64,000 nt of DNA from assembly GCA_000708835.1 (NCBI GenBank), contig DF237112.1, positions 1-64,000 on the forward strand, written 5' to 3'. This DNA is from Klebsormidium nitens (lineage: Eukaryota > Plantae > Klebsormidiophyceae). The notes below the pieces were generated by a model that was not told the DNA's origin, did not search any database, and saw only the letters and a program-made list of their open reading frames with translations. The position numbers and the translations under genes are program-made. Positions 18,341 through 30,300 of the stretch are shown one piece after another; the first letter of the stretch is position 1, and each line of letters begins with the position of its first letter.

Positions 18341-21300
18341 CTATCCTAACAGAACGCCGAGACCGTGGTCTTTTAGCTGTTGCTCCGCCCGGTCCTTCTC
18401 CGGCCCCACGAAGTCCTTCAGCTCCAGCCCGGAACCCTTAAAGCTCTCGGCCATCGCCTCCTCCCCAGACTCGTCCTTCATTCTCTTTAGCAGTCCCAAG
18501 AGAACCTTCAGGGCGCCCCCCTCCGATACGAGCTCCCCGTCCTCGTAGCCCCCGTGCTTGAGCAGTTTCCCGACCACCGGGAGGGAGATCAATTGGGCGG
18601 ATATCAGCGTGGAGAACAGGGCGGCTGTGTGGCTGTACGCTAACGGAACGTCAATGACGATGTCTCCCAGTGCCTCCAAGAAGATCTTGAACCTGCGTGA
18701 GGGAAGTGTCGCTCGCTTCAGACCAAGCCCACAGCGAAAAGCATCCGTTGGTTACCAAGGACCTTCGTCTCCTGTGCTTATTGAGCAAGAATAGATCGTC
18801 TTCTACGGCTTCTACAGCTGGAGGCAGCTCGCACAGAAGGATACCACGAAGAGTTTCCCAACTGCGAGCCCCCAAACCTTCTTCTTCTTCGATCCTTCTG
18901 TGCGAGCTGCCTCCAGCACTTCCACTAACCAGTGGTTCAACCGAGGCAATGAGGTAAAGGGACTGATGACCCCACCGGAAGCAACTTACGAGATATCTAG
19001 CTGATGCTGATTATTAGCAATCAGCACAACATCAATTTGTTTCTGATCAATCAAGTGAAGAAACAAACGGATCTGGGAACAATCATCTTCGGACGTGACT
19101 AGAACCACATCTATCTCGTGCTCACCCGTCCTCTATTTGTTCCCGCGTGATCAGCTTCTTGTCCCCCTGAGCCAGCGCCGGAATCAGCTTGGCGAGCGAC
19201 GTGCGCGCGACGTCCTTGCCCTCGATCGCGTTCTGGACCCATTGCGCAATCATTTTCGGATGATAGCTCGCAGCGTCCAGCGACTCCAGAATCGCCTCCA
19301 CTTCCTTCACATCTTGCAACCTACACAATCCAAGATCATCGTCAGTTCAAACTCTGGGGTACAGAGATTCAGAGGCTTCAAATTACAGACTTCCGGATTT
19401 TGGGACACAGTCCAACCAAAAGCTCGCAGCGCCAGTACTCTTCTACAACCTGCAGCCGGGGAACAATTGGAGGCAAAGATCCGGCCAGGGGAAGATGGAA
19501 ACGAAACGCTGACTAGCTGATGCCTTTGAATGTGGTGACCATGAGGTCAGAAATGTTGAGGCCCGGAAAGCCCCGACAACGTGATCTGCGCCCATTGGAC
19601 GTTGGGGTGCGTGTGCTCTTAACCGTGAAGGGTGTAATCGACAATTTGGATCGTCCTGACTCCCGAATCTAATGCAATCCCAAGCCGGCCGCAATCTAAA
19701 ACCTAGCAAAGCCGTAAACTAGAAGCGGGTCCGATTCAAACATCTCCAAGGAGCTGGAAATACCGTAGTTCAACGTGATATATTCAAACAATTTCATTTT
19801 GATTGTCGGATAAGGCAATCAGACAGTAAACAATCTACTCATGCTAATGCCGACAGCAATCCGAACGTCCTACGTTCTCGCTTAGAAGGGATGCTCTAAT
19901 CTGGTCCTGGCCGATTCAGGGCTTCCCAGGACTGTTCCACATTTATTTAGGCTTTCCGGAATTCTGACTTTCCAAATGCAGATAACGTTGCATCTACTCG
20001 GATTCATATATCTGGGCTCCAGGTAAGATGAAACACATACTCACCCATAGAACTCCTTGAGCGCCCCCAGCGTCCTCCTCTCCAGCTCCTCTTCTGCCGG
20101 CGCGTCCTCCGACGGCTTCCCGATGTCGGGCGACTGCGGCGTCGCGGGCCGGCTCGTGCTGGCCTCCCGCGAAGGCGCACCCAACCGGCTACCGCTGTCC
20201 CGCTCAGAAGAAGCGCTTGTCGGACGTGAGGGCGGGTTGAGAAGCGGCGAGCGGTCCCGTGACGGACCTTCGTCTCGTTCCCTGCAGACGGAGATATTTC
20301 TCTTCAATATTCAGGAGTGAAATGTTCTGGATTGTTCAAGTTCTGGTTTCGTAGAGGGTTTTGGCTCGTGCTGGCCTCCCGCGAAGAAACGCCACACCAG
20401 TTTCCTCTCCCGTTAAGTAAAAACGCTCGTCGGCTACGAAAGCGGGTGCAGCAGCGGCGAGCGGTCTCATGGTGGACACACTATATCTGTCTCTGCACAC
20501 TGAAAGTTGAAAGACCTTGTTGGCCTGGGTATTTTTACTTTTGATAGTTTTTGCACCTTCCGCTTTGCATTCCACCGACGGCTACTCTCGCGTCCAACGC
20601 TGAAAAGGCGCAAGGGCAGGTGTGACAGGTGTCAGATTGGTGGAAACCACTTAGTCAATTATACAGGAGTGCCCCAACACTAGTTCTGAACACCCACCTC
20701 CTGTCGAACTCCCTCGGCGGCCCCCTCTCAAACTCCCCCCTCCTGTCCATCCCCTTGTCGTAGCCCCCCCCAAAGCGGTCCGGCCCAGGCCCCCCTCGAT
20801 CGTTAAACCGGTCCGGCCCAGGGCCCCCCCGATCCCCAAACCGATCGCCCCCCCCTCTGGGATCGATCGGTCTCCCGTCTCTATCTCGCAGCGGCCTGTT
20901 CCCCCCAAAACGATCGTCCTGGATGAGCGGCTCGCCCCGCATCTGCCCAGGGGGTCCAAATCCGCGGCCCCCGCGCCCCCCTGGACCGAGGATGAGCTGC
21001 CCGTCGTCGTGCCGCGCGCTGATGCCGCGGATGGGGCCGTCCATGCGGTCGGCCAACCGGGCGTCGCCTAAAAAATGACGGGGGGAAGATGACGTCATGC
21101 TGACGTCTCGTGAGGCTGTGTGCAAATGCTTGGAAACCAAAAATATGGTTTCACAGTACGCAAAGGGTTTGCGGTGGTGGGGAAGTTTTGTTGTTTAGAA
21201 AAGTAATTCTGGTAAATGCAAAGCCGTCCCGGCCTTACGACACGCCTGCTCACCCTGCTCAAAAAATATCATGGCATACTGCATATGCAAAGGGCCTTAT

Positions 21301-24300
21301 TCTTTCGATACGTCTCGATCCTAATTGAGGGGCGACTTCTCCGCTGAGCAAGAAGTAAAGGATTGAAGTCAAGCTGACTGCACAAAGCTCTTGACAGACA
21401 AAAGGGAAAAGAACACTGCGAGCACGTCGATTTCTCAGACGTTTTCACCCCAGAAAGCTCGTCGTCCGTCAGAAATCTGACAACCTTTCCTGACTGTGAG
21501 CAATCACGAGCGTCGCTGATTGACCAAATAACTCAAATTCTGGTGCAGGCGACAAACTTCGCTCCAGTCAGGCGTCTAAGCCCCAAAGGTAAACGAGCCG
21601 TCTCACGATGAAACGCACTCCAGGCGCGGCTGAAAAAACATAACTCGCCTAACGGCTCTCAGCTGCTGCAGTCTGACCCGACCCTCACCTGGTCCTCTCC
21701 CCATCGGACCTCCCCGCATCTGAGGCGGGTTGGGGAAGATCGGCCCCGGGCCCCCCCTCATCTGCTGGGGCGGGAAGTCTCGCCGCCCGCTGCCGCCGCC
21801 CCCCCTGCGCATGTCCGGGCGCGCGCTAGCCGCTGCTAGCTTGTCCCGGTTCTCCTGAGCGGCGTCTCTATGCACCTGAAATAGAAAGAGGAGTCAAAAG
21901 TTAGGGATCTTTCTTGGCGGGTTCTAGGAAATGAGTTCAAGAAGAATAGGTTTTTCACTTTTGATGAGTATTGCCTTGACAGCCGCCACTAGCGTGCCCC
22001 GGCTGTCCTGAGCGGCGTCTCTATGCACCTGAGATTGCAAAGGAAGACTCGCTGAATATTATTGGCTGTTTTTGAGGCGAGTTCGATTTTGTACAAGTTC
22101 TGACCGATCACAGACTTGCTAGGATGTCCCAGTTTCCCTGAGCGGTGTCCGTATGCACCTCTTAAGAGAAGAGAATCAAGGGAGGGATGTTTGTCAGCAA
22201 CTTTTAGAGAATCAGGTTTCGATAAGGAGGGGGCTTTCTTTTCAGTACGAGGATCACCCCGACAGCCGCTGCTAACCTGTGCCAGCTTCAGCGCCGGTTT
22301 TATGCACCTGGAATTGTAACGAAAAATAGGTTGACTACATGTTGGCAGCTTAACGTGGGGAGGTAAGGGCATCATCGAGCAGGTTTTGTGCCCTGGTAAT
22401 ATCGCTAGCTCGTCCCGCTTCAGGCGAGTGGCGGCTTCCCTTACTCTGAAAACCAGCCCTGATCTTATGGGGCCTTCATTTTGAGCCCCAAAACTTGAAA
22501 GCAAACCAGAAAGTCTGCGCACCTGGTCAATAGTCTTGGGCCCGTCTGTCTTGCGGCGCTCCCGCCAGCCCGAATCGCGCATCTCCACCACATCGAGCAG
22601 CGCAAATCGGATGCGCGACGACAGAGAAGCATCCCGCGAAAGCTGCGATATCCGCTTCAGATACGCCTGCACAAAAAAACGATATAAGAGGATCGGTTAG
22701 TCGATCTCCAGATTGGTTTCCAGAAAAGAGATGATCTTTCAGGTTTGACGGTCTCCTTACTTTTGCAACAACGTTGTGACAGCGGCTGCATGAGGCAATG
22801 CTCTCAATCATGGTTAAGCTCGAACCGCCTCAAACGAGAGAAACAGCAGAGAAACCGACCTGCCCAGAGGCGTTGCGACTCCAACCTATATGCATTGACG
22901 GCCCACATGGCCGTGCGAAACTCAGACTCGGTCTGGTTCAGCTTATGGTGGTCGAGCATGGCCCTGAGTGCTTGTACAACGCTTTTGAAGGTCTTCCTCC
23001 AAGAGGTTCTTCTAACACCGAGCAGCTTTGAAACTCGAGGTCTTCCGATGTTCTGTGCACAAAATCCCTGCAACTCTTAGATCCTCGAATCAATCACGTC
23101 CATATGCCCCTTCGACCTTTGGTGGTAGATCACGGTCACGTGCTCATAGAACGCTACCACAAGTTTCCTTTATCAAGAACCGAATTGCTCCTAGCAGCCG
23201 TTAGTTCAAAGGGTTTTGAAGATCCCAAAGCTTTGCAAACCGTGCAATCCGCAAAATTCTCAAAATCTCACGTCCATGTGCGCCTTTGACTTTTGGTGGT
23301 CGATCATCGCCCCGATGGTGGTCATCAGCTTGCAGAGCGCCTCGAGGTCCTCCTCGTGCGGCACCGCCTCCCCGCCCAGCAGCTTCGTGATGCACACGTG
23401 CATGATCTTCTCGGTTAGCAAGCCCTTCTTGTACAGCTCGCCGATGAAGCGCACGTTGCCCAAAAACCGCTGCCGAATCTTCTTGTTCTCCGCTGCACAA
23501 CCAACAGAAAGGTGCGCTTATAAAGGCAGGGTTTGGAGGCAGTAAAGGTGCAAAACCTTCTCGGTCAGCAGGCCGTATAGAGCTCCTCAAAGAAGCGCAC
23601 ATTGCCCAAGAAGTGGTGCGAGATCTTTCTCTCTTCTCCACAGATGAGAAGAGACTGAAACACACCTTACCGGGACCCGGGAAAGCCTCTTAAAAATGTG
23701 CTCGAAGGGCGTGCTTATCTTCTCGGTCAGCGGGGGGTTCCCGCCAACGTAAGACGTTGCTAAATCGCTGCCAGATCTTTCTGATCATCCATGACATAAC
23801 GGGAGGTGGAGCAGACTCCCTCAGGACCTGTGAGCCCTCTTCCATGAACCGAGCAGAAATGGCTTGCTGAGAAGGACAAAGAGTATCTGATGACGACAAG
23901 GAGCGGGTTGCTTCTCGATTTGTATGCCCACTACAATTCCCTCTCTTCTCTTGTCTGGAGGAGTTGCACTAATGAAGATTTGCAGCAACCACACTCACCC
24001 TCGACCTGCGCAGGCGTCAGCTTCTTGACCTCCTTGTCGGGCTTGGCGTCTTCTTCGGCGCCCTCTTCGGGCCGCTCCTCGCTGTTCTCGTCCACTTGCT
24101 CGTTACTCCGCTCAAACTCCTCTTGACACTTGTTGAGCAGGATGCGCCGGAACGTCACCTTCACCTCGTTCCCTTCCTCGTCCTTCTCCTGAAAGACCGA
24201 AGGAAGTAAATTTAGATAGAGATCCAAACCTCCTAAGAACGTCGGACGTTGAACCAGCAGGATGCGCCAAACCGTCACCTTGACCTCGTCCCTTCCTCGT

Positions 24301-27300
24301 CTTTTTCTGCGGAGGTATCAAGCAGATCAGACAATGACTCGTTGCTCCGCCCAGACTTCTCCTGGCACTTGTTCAACAGGACGCGCCAAGATGTCACCTT
24401 GACTTCGGTGCCATCCTCGTCTTTTTCCTGAAGGGCGAAAGAAAAAGAGTCCGATAACGAATCAGATACTCAAAAATAGTCGAGATACTTGTTCAGCAGG
24501 ATGCGCCGCGCCGCTCTCTCCTTGCCCTCGTTCCCTCCCTCGTTTTTCATTTGCAGAAAAGACAAGCAGAGTCAGCCGGTAAACTCTGCGCTACACTCCA
24601 TCTATCCTGGCACTTATCGAAAAGGAATGCGCCACCAGGTTGCCTTCCTCGTCTTTTTGCTGAGACGAAAGAGTAGGAAGAACATCGGAATCTCACGAAC
24701 TCAAAGACCCATATATGGTGAACCTGGAAAAGACCAATAATGAATTGCAAGAATTCGGTTGCAATCCTCTTGAAGAACTTCAGAGAGCCTCTAAGAACAG
24801 ACTCGGAATCAAGAGATCTCGTTCCGAAGACCCTGACCCTTTAGGATGATAGCCACAATCCTCACCATGAACTCGGGCAGCTCTGTCTGCAGTCGCTTGG
24901 AGAACTCTGCATACAGCTCGCAGAAGCCCGGCTCCAGGAGCGCCTTTTCAAACACCTGCGCACACAGAAAACAGGCGTACCTGTTAGAAAGCTCCAGGTC
25001 TCGGCCAATCTGATCTTGAATCATAACAAGTTCGGTTCCTAAGTTTGATCATCAAGTATGCAGGCCAGCAATTCTTAGGGATTCTGCTGCTTGATCCCGA
25101 TTGCTGCGCAAAAAACATCCGTGCAGCACAGAACTGCCCATTCAGCGCTCTACAAAAATCGAACTGATATTAAAGCTTAACCAGGGAACAGAGGATAAGT
25201 ACGAACGCCGGAAACCCGAGCAGAGAAGTACTACCAATGACGGTTGAAGAGAGAACCGCCTCACTCTGCCAACATCTGCGCTGCTAGTTGAGCATCTTAC
25301 ACGGGCAATAACCATGGTAAGTCTCAGCCACAGCTCAAGCCAACGCATAACTCCCAATCCAACGCTTGTCAAGATGACTAACCTGGGCAATAACCATGGT
25401 TAGCGTGGTCGCGTTGCTAATCTCGACGTCGATCATCTGTTGGAAGAGGCGCTCGAAGTTCTCGGGCGTCAGCTTGTTCAGGATGCCCTTCACGCGCTTG
25501 ATCTTGGCCGTCTCCTCGTCCGTCGGTTTGCCCACCACGAACCTGCGCGCCAGTGAACGAAGGGTTTCAGCTCGAGTCCTTACTGAATCTGGGCACCCTT
25601 GATCAAACACTTAGTCCTCCCTTAGGCTAACTAAACTCTCATATCAGATGTCAGTCGCCTCCCTGCAGATGTGCAGATGAGGATGAACGACTCTTGGTTT
25701 ATACTCTTGAGTTCGTCAAGTAAATTAAAGTGTACGGTAATCCATGGTTTCCTTGAGATAATGGTTTCCCTTTTCAATCTGACTAAACGACACTGTACTT
25801 GGCGGCTTATTGGACCAACGGACATGGAAACCGAGAAGACGCAAGCACCAGTTGGTTTCATGTACATTTCGCTTGAATACACCAAATAGGAACGCCATCG
25901 TGGCTGATCGACTCTTCCAATCCGCACCGCTTCCCTTCAATATCGCAATCAAAGAGAATCCTTTGCAATCCCAAGACAGGGGGAAGAGTATTTCCACACC
26001 CCACTACCTCCAAATCATGTGGGCGACAAACGGAGGCTGCACTCCTGCGTCACCAGCTCCATCGATTCGACGCCCCACCTAGATGTTCGAAGCTCTTCCG
26101 AGCAATATCAAAGCCGAAGAAACCGGGAAAAGGGGAAGGATCAGTAGCCACCTGTTTCGCGCCTTGTGAATGGGCCGTATAGCTGCTTCGGCGCCACCAG
26201 CTCGATCAAAGTTCTCCCCAACCTAGTTGCATCAGCACATCCTAGGCTCTTAAAGCGCTGCCACAACAAAAAGCGAGCCAGGCTCGTAATCTCACCTGTT
26301 TTGCGTTTTGTGAATGGCCGGCAGAGGCTGCTTCGGCGCGACCGGCTCCATCGGCTTCTTCCCCCACCTATTCGCGTCGATGCCGTTCTGGCCCGGCCCG
26401 CCAGCTGGCAGCCCCAGCAGCGCCGGGTTGACACCTGGCGGCACAAACTGCCCCCCTGGGCCCCTTCCGCCCGCTCCAGGGGGGCCGCCTGGCCGCATCC
26501 CCCGACCCCCTAAACTGGGACCAGGGCCGCCGGGCCGGAAGTTGCCCGGAGGGGGGCCGCCCCGACTTGGGGAGTCCAACCGGGGATCCCCTCCTGTAAG
26601 CAGCAAGGATAGAGGGTTCAGTGCCTCCTTTCCCCATTTCGAAAGTGGCGGTTCTAGCCTGCATGATCCTACCTTGCCATGCCTAGTGCCCACAACATAA
26701 CGAGGATGTCTGACATAAGTCCTTACTTGCGGGTCAAGTGTAAACCCCATACAAGCGATCCATAACAGGACACATTTGTGATAGATCGCATTCCTGCTGG
26801 TAAGACACGAAAAACCCAAAGATGGACCAATGATGGAACGATAAAACAAGCCTTGAAGTCATCTTGCTCTTTACACAGCGGACTCAAGTACATGGTGTCT
26901 ACCGGCAGCACAAGAGTCTACCAAAGATTATGAAACGAAATGATGCACAACTGAGTCAAATCCTGACACGAACAGACGCTGCAAACTCACCGATCCCGCT
27001 CGGCCCCCGCTGCAGCCACTTGTCGTCCTCCGGCGGCGCGGCCTTGCCCCCCCGCTTCCCGCTCGGCGTGCGCGGCTTCGGCATGTCCGGTTGCACAAAC
27101 AGGACCGCGTTCGTCTTGTCCATGACCACCTCCGGCCAGCCCCCGTGTTCCTCCTTGAACGTCATCAGGTAATCCCGCGTGTACCGTTTGTCGGCGGGGG
27201 TGCTCGGGCGCTGCGAAACCGACCCCCCCCTCGCGGGCTTCGGCGTCGGGATATCTGCCGCCTCCTCCCAATCATCAACTTCGACTTTGGATGCCGCAGG

Positions 27301-30300
27301 CTGCTTTTCCTTCTTCGGGGTTTCGAACGCGGCCGCTGGGCGCGGGGCCTCGTCCGGCTTCTTGGTCGTGAACGCGTCTAGGAGATTCTTGCTGTCGCCC
27401 GCCGCGTCGGCCTTTGACAGGGCCTCCTTTCGCTTCTTCTTCTTGCTCGCGGCGCTCTCGACCTCCTTCACGGGGGACACCGCACGCTCCGAGGCCCTGT
27501 CCGACGGCTCCTTCTCCGACGGCGCCGTTCCGGGCGCAGCTTTCTCGGAAGGAACCTCCTCAGACGGGGCCTCTACGGCCAAACCCTTTTCCGCCCCAGC
27601 CTTTTCCGACGGAACTTCGGCCTTCTCCTCCTGAGGAGGCCCTGTCTTGGCCGCAATCGCACCCGCTGCCACTGCCCCGAGCGTAACGGCCGCCGCCGCA
27701 GGGCCTGCGGCCTTCGCGCCGTCACCAACTGCCTTCGGAGCAGTTGATTCCTTGGCCGCTTTTGAGTCGGCTTCCGCTTTCGTCTTCGCTTCCGCCCGTT
27801 TCTTCTCCTCCTCCGCTTTTCGTCGCTCCTCAGCCGCTCTTTTCTCCCCCTCTTCCTTCTCCTTCTTAGCCTTAGCTTCAGTCTCAGCTTTCGCTTTCGC
27901 TTCTGCTTCGGCCTTCGCTTTCGCATCCGCCTTCGCTTTCGCATCCGCCTTCGCTTTCGATTCGGCCTCTGCTTTTGCTTTCGCTTCGGCTTCCGCCTTT
28001 GCTTTCGCTTCAGCGTCCGCCTTTGCTCTTGCCTCTGCCTTTGCTTTTGCCTCAGCATCTGCTTTCGCTTTCGCTTCGGCCTCAGCCTTCGCTTTCGCTT
28101 CCACCTTCTTCCTCTCCTCTTCCTTCTTCCGCTCCTCTTCTTTCCGCTTCTCCTCCTCTTTCCGTTTCTTCTCTTCCCGTTCCTTCGCCTCGGCCTCGGC
28201 CCGTATTCTCTCCTCTTCCTTCTTTTTCCGCGCCTCCTCGTCAGCCTTCGCTTTCCTCTCCGCCTCTAGTTTCTTTCTCTCCGCCTCTTTCCTCTCCGTC
28301 TCAACTTTCGCTTTCCGCTCCGTTTCCGCCTTCTTCTCAGCCTCTTCCTTCGCTTTCCTCTCCGCCTCCTCTTTCGCTTTTCGTTCCTCCTCCTCTTTCC
28401 TCTTTGCCTCGGCTTCAGCCTTCGCTTTCAGCTCCTCCTCTGCTTTCCTCTTCACTTCTGCCTCTGTCCGTTCCCGCTCCTTCGCTTTCGCTTCCGCCTC
28501 AGCCTTGGCTTTGGTTTCCGCCTCAGCCTTCGCTTTCGCATCCGCGTCCGCCTTCGCCTTCTCTTCCTTCTCCTTCTCCCCTCCCTTCGCCTTTCCTTCC
28601 GCTGTCTTCGCACCAACCGACGGAGTCACCTTCCCCTCTGGCGCACTAGGCTTCGCAGCTCCCGCCACCGCAGGCTTCGCTTTGGCCGCTTTCTGCGCAA
28701 ATGTCTCCTTCGGCGCACCACCCTCCTCTGGTTCCTTCGCCTTGACCTCACCCAGCCCCTCCTTAGCCTTCGCCGCCACGTCACCCTTGTCAGCAGCCGT
28801 TACTGCTTCCGGGGCAGCCGTTGACGCCTCGCTTTTCGTAACTTCGGGCTCTGCTGAGCCTTGGGCAGACTCTTTTGCGGCCGCGGCCGCCTTTGCCGCT
28901 GCAACATTGGGCTGGTCAACCTTTGGCCGGAAGACTTGCGTCGGCTGCTTGTCAGACTTCTGGCTACGGGGCGAGTCGCCCCCCCGACCGCGGGGAGAGG
29001 CGACGCTGCCAGGTGGCAGCGCATCGCGGAACTTGCCGCTCTTTTGGTGGGTCAGCTCGCGGACCTGGAGAATGAAGGGGCCGGTTGTTAGAGAGCCGCC
29101 CACTACGATTTTCAAGGATCAGCAACAAAGCAGAGGAAATCTTTACAGTGTCAACTGAAGGGGTTCGGGTGCTCCACAAGGGACGGGGGCGGTGAAAGAA
29201 CTCAAGAAGGAGGAGAAGGATGTAGAGGAGATAGAATACATGATGCTCGCAGTGACCATGCTCTATGGAACAGGAATCAGCAGCATGTGCGCTACTAGCG
29301 AACTACCGGCTCTAACCACCAACACCTCCTGAATAACTTATCCATCCCAGTTAAAAACTCAACGACACATCCAGACAAAGCCTTCATTGACGCCATCCCA
29401 CAGCAGCACATGCTCAGCCTAGAAGACTCTCACAGGATTCCAACAAGTTAACTCCAAACTCAAACCACATACCTGCGCTTGCGACCCAAGTTGGGCCGGC
29501 CGCCCGTGCTTGAACGACCCCTCAAACCCTGCCCCCCCGACGCTCCCCGCTTGCTTCGCTTCCTGGCTGGAGGCACTAACAACCGCCTGCCCAACCGACG
29601 CCCCGATCCCGTGTGGGGGGGCCGAAACAACCGGATGTGTGCTCGGGGGAGACACCCCCGCCCCTGGATGGTTCACAGAAACCACCCCCTTCTCCCCCCC
29701 TGAGGAAGCAGCGTCACCCCCCCTGGTTTGGCCCGGAGCCTGCCCCCCTGGAACGGGAGCGTTTACCTGGGGAGGTCGAGGCTGCTGCGCTTGCTGGGCT
29801 GCAGAGAGGGCGGATGCGGAGATGCCCCCCTGGGGGAGCGGGCGCTGCTGGTCTTTGTCGCGCTTCTTGCGCTCCTTGTTGGCGCCTTGGCCCGCGGAGC
29901 CAGGTCTCCCTACAAAAAGGAAGACAGCAAACGTAAGTTACTGGCGAATGCAGAGGACGAAACCAAGCGGCTCGGGGCCTCGTCTTGGTAATCCAAGAAT
30001 GATAGACAGCCTGCCTAGACTCTCCAAACGGACTATCACTTGCGAACGAATAGCAGGAGTTGGGAAATCCGGTGCTCACTTTTCGGCTGCCTGGTGCCAA
30101 TTTGATACTTCTTCCTAGCGCAGGTTGATCATGACCTCTAAGCAGACCTCTACGCAGACCTCCGCAACCCCACAAAATCTTGATCAGACTCCTTCATACC
30201 GACAACTTATCAACCCCAGATTCCATGACCCACCTTCCGGCTGCCGCTGCTGCTTATCCATCGGCCCCGGCGCCTGGACTGTCGAGATCCTCGCGCCCCC

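Noticed and set aside
27647-29158. 503-aa plus-strand ORF (AFAFASAS repeats) and overlapping 224-aa ORF
   Set aside because: Antisense shadow of the eIF4G E/K/A repeat exon. Its codon composition avoids stops on the opposite strand.
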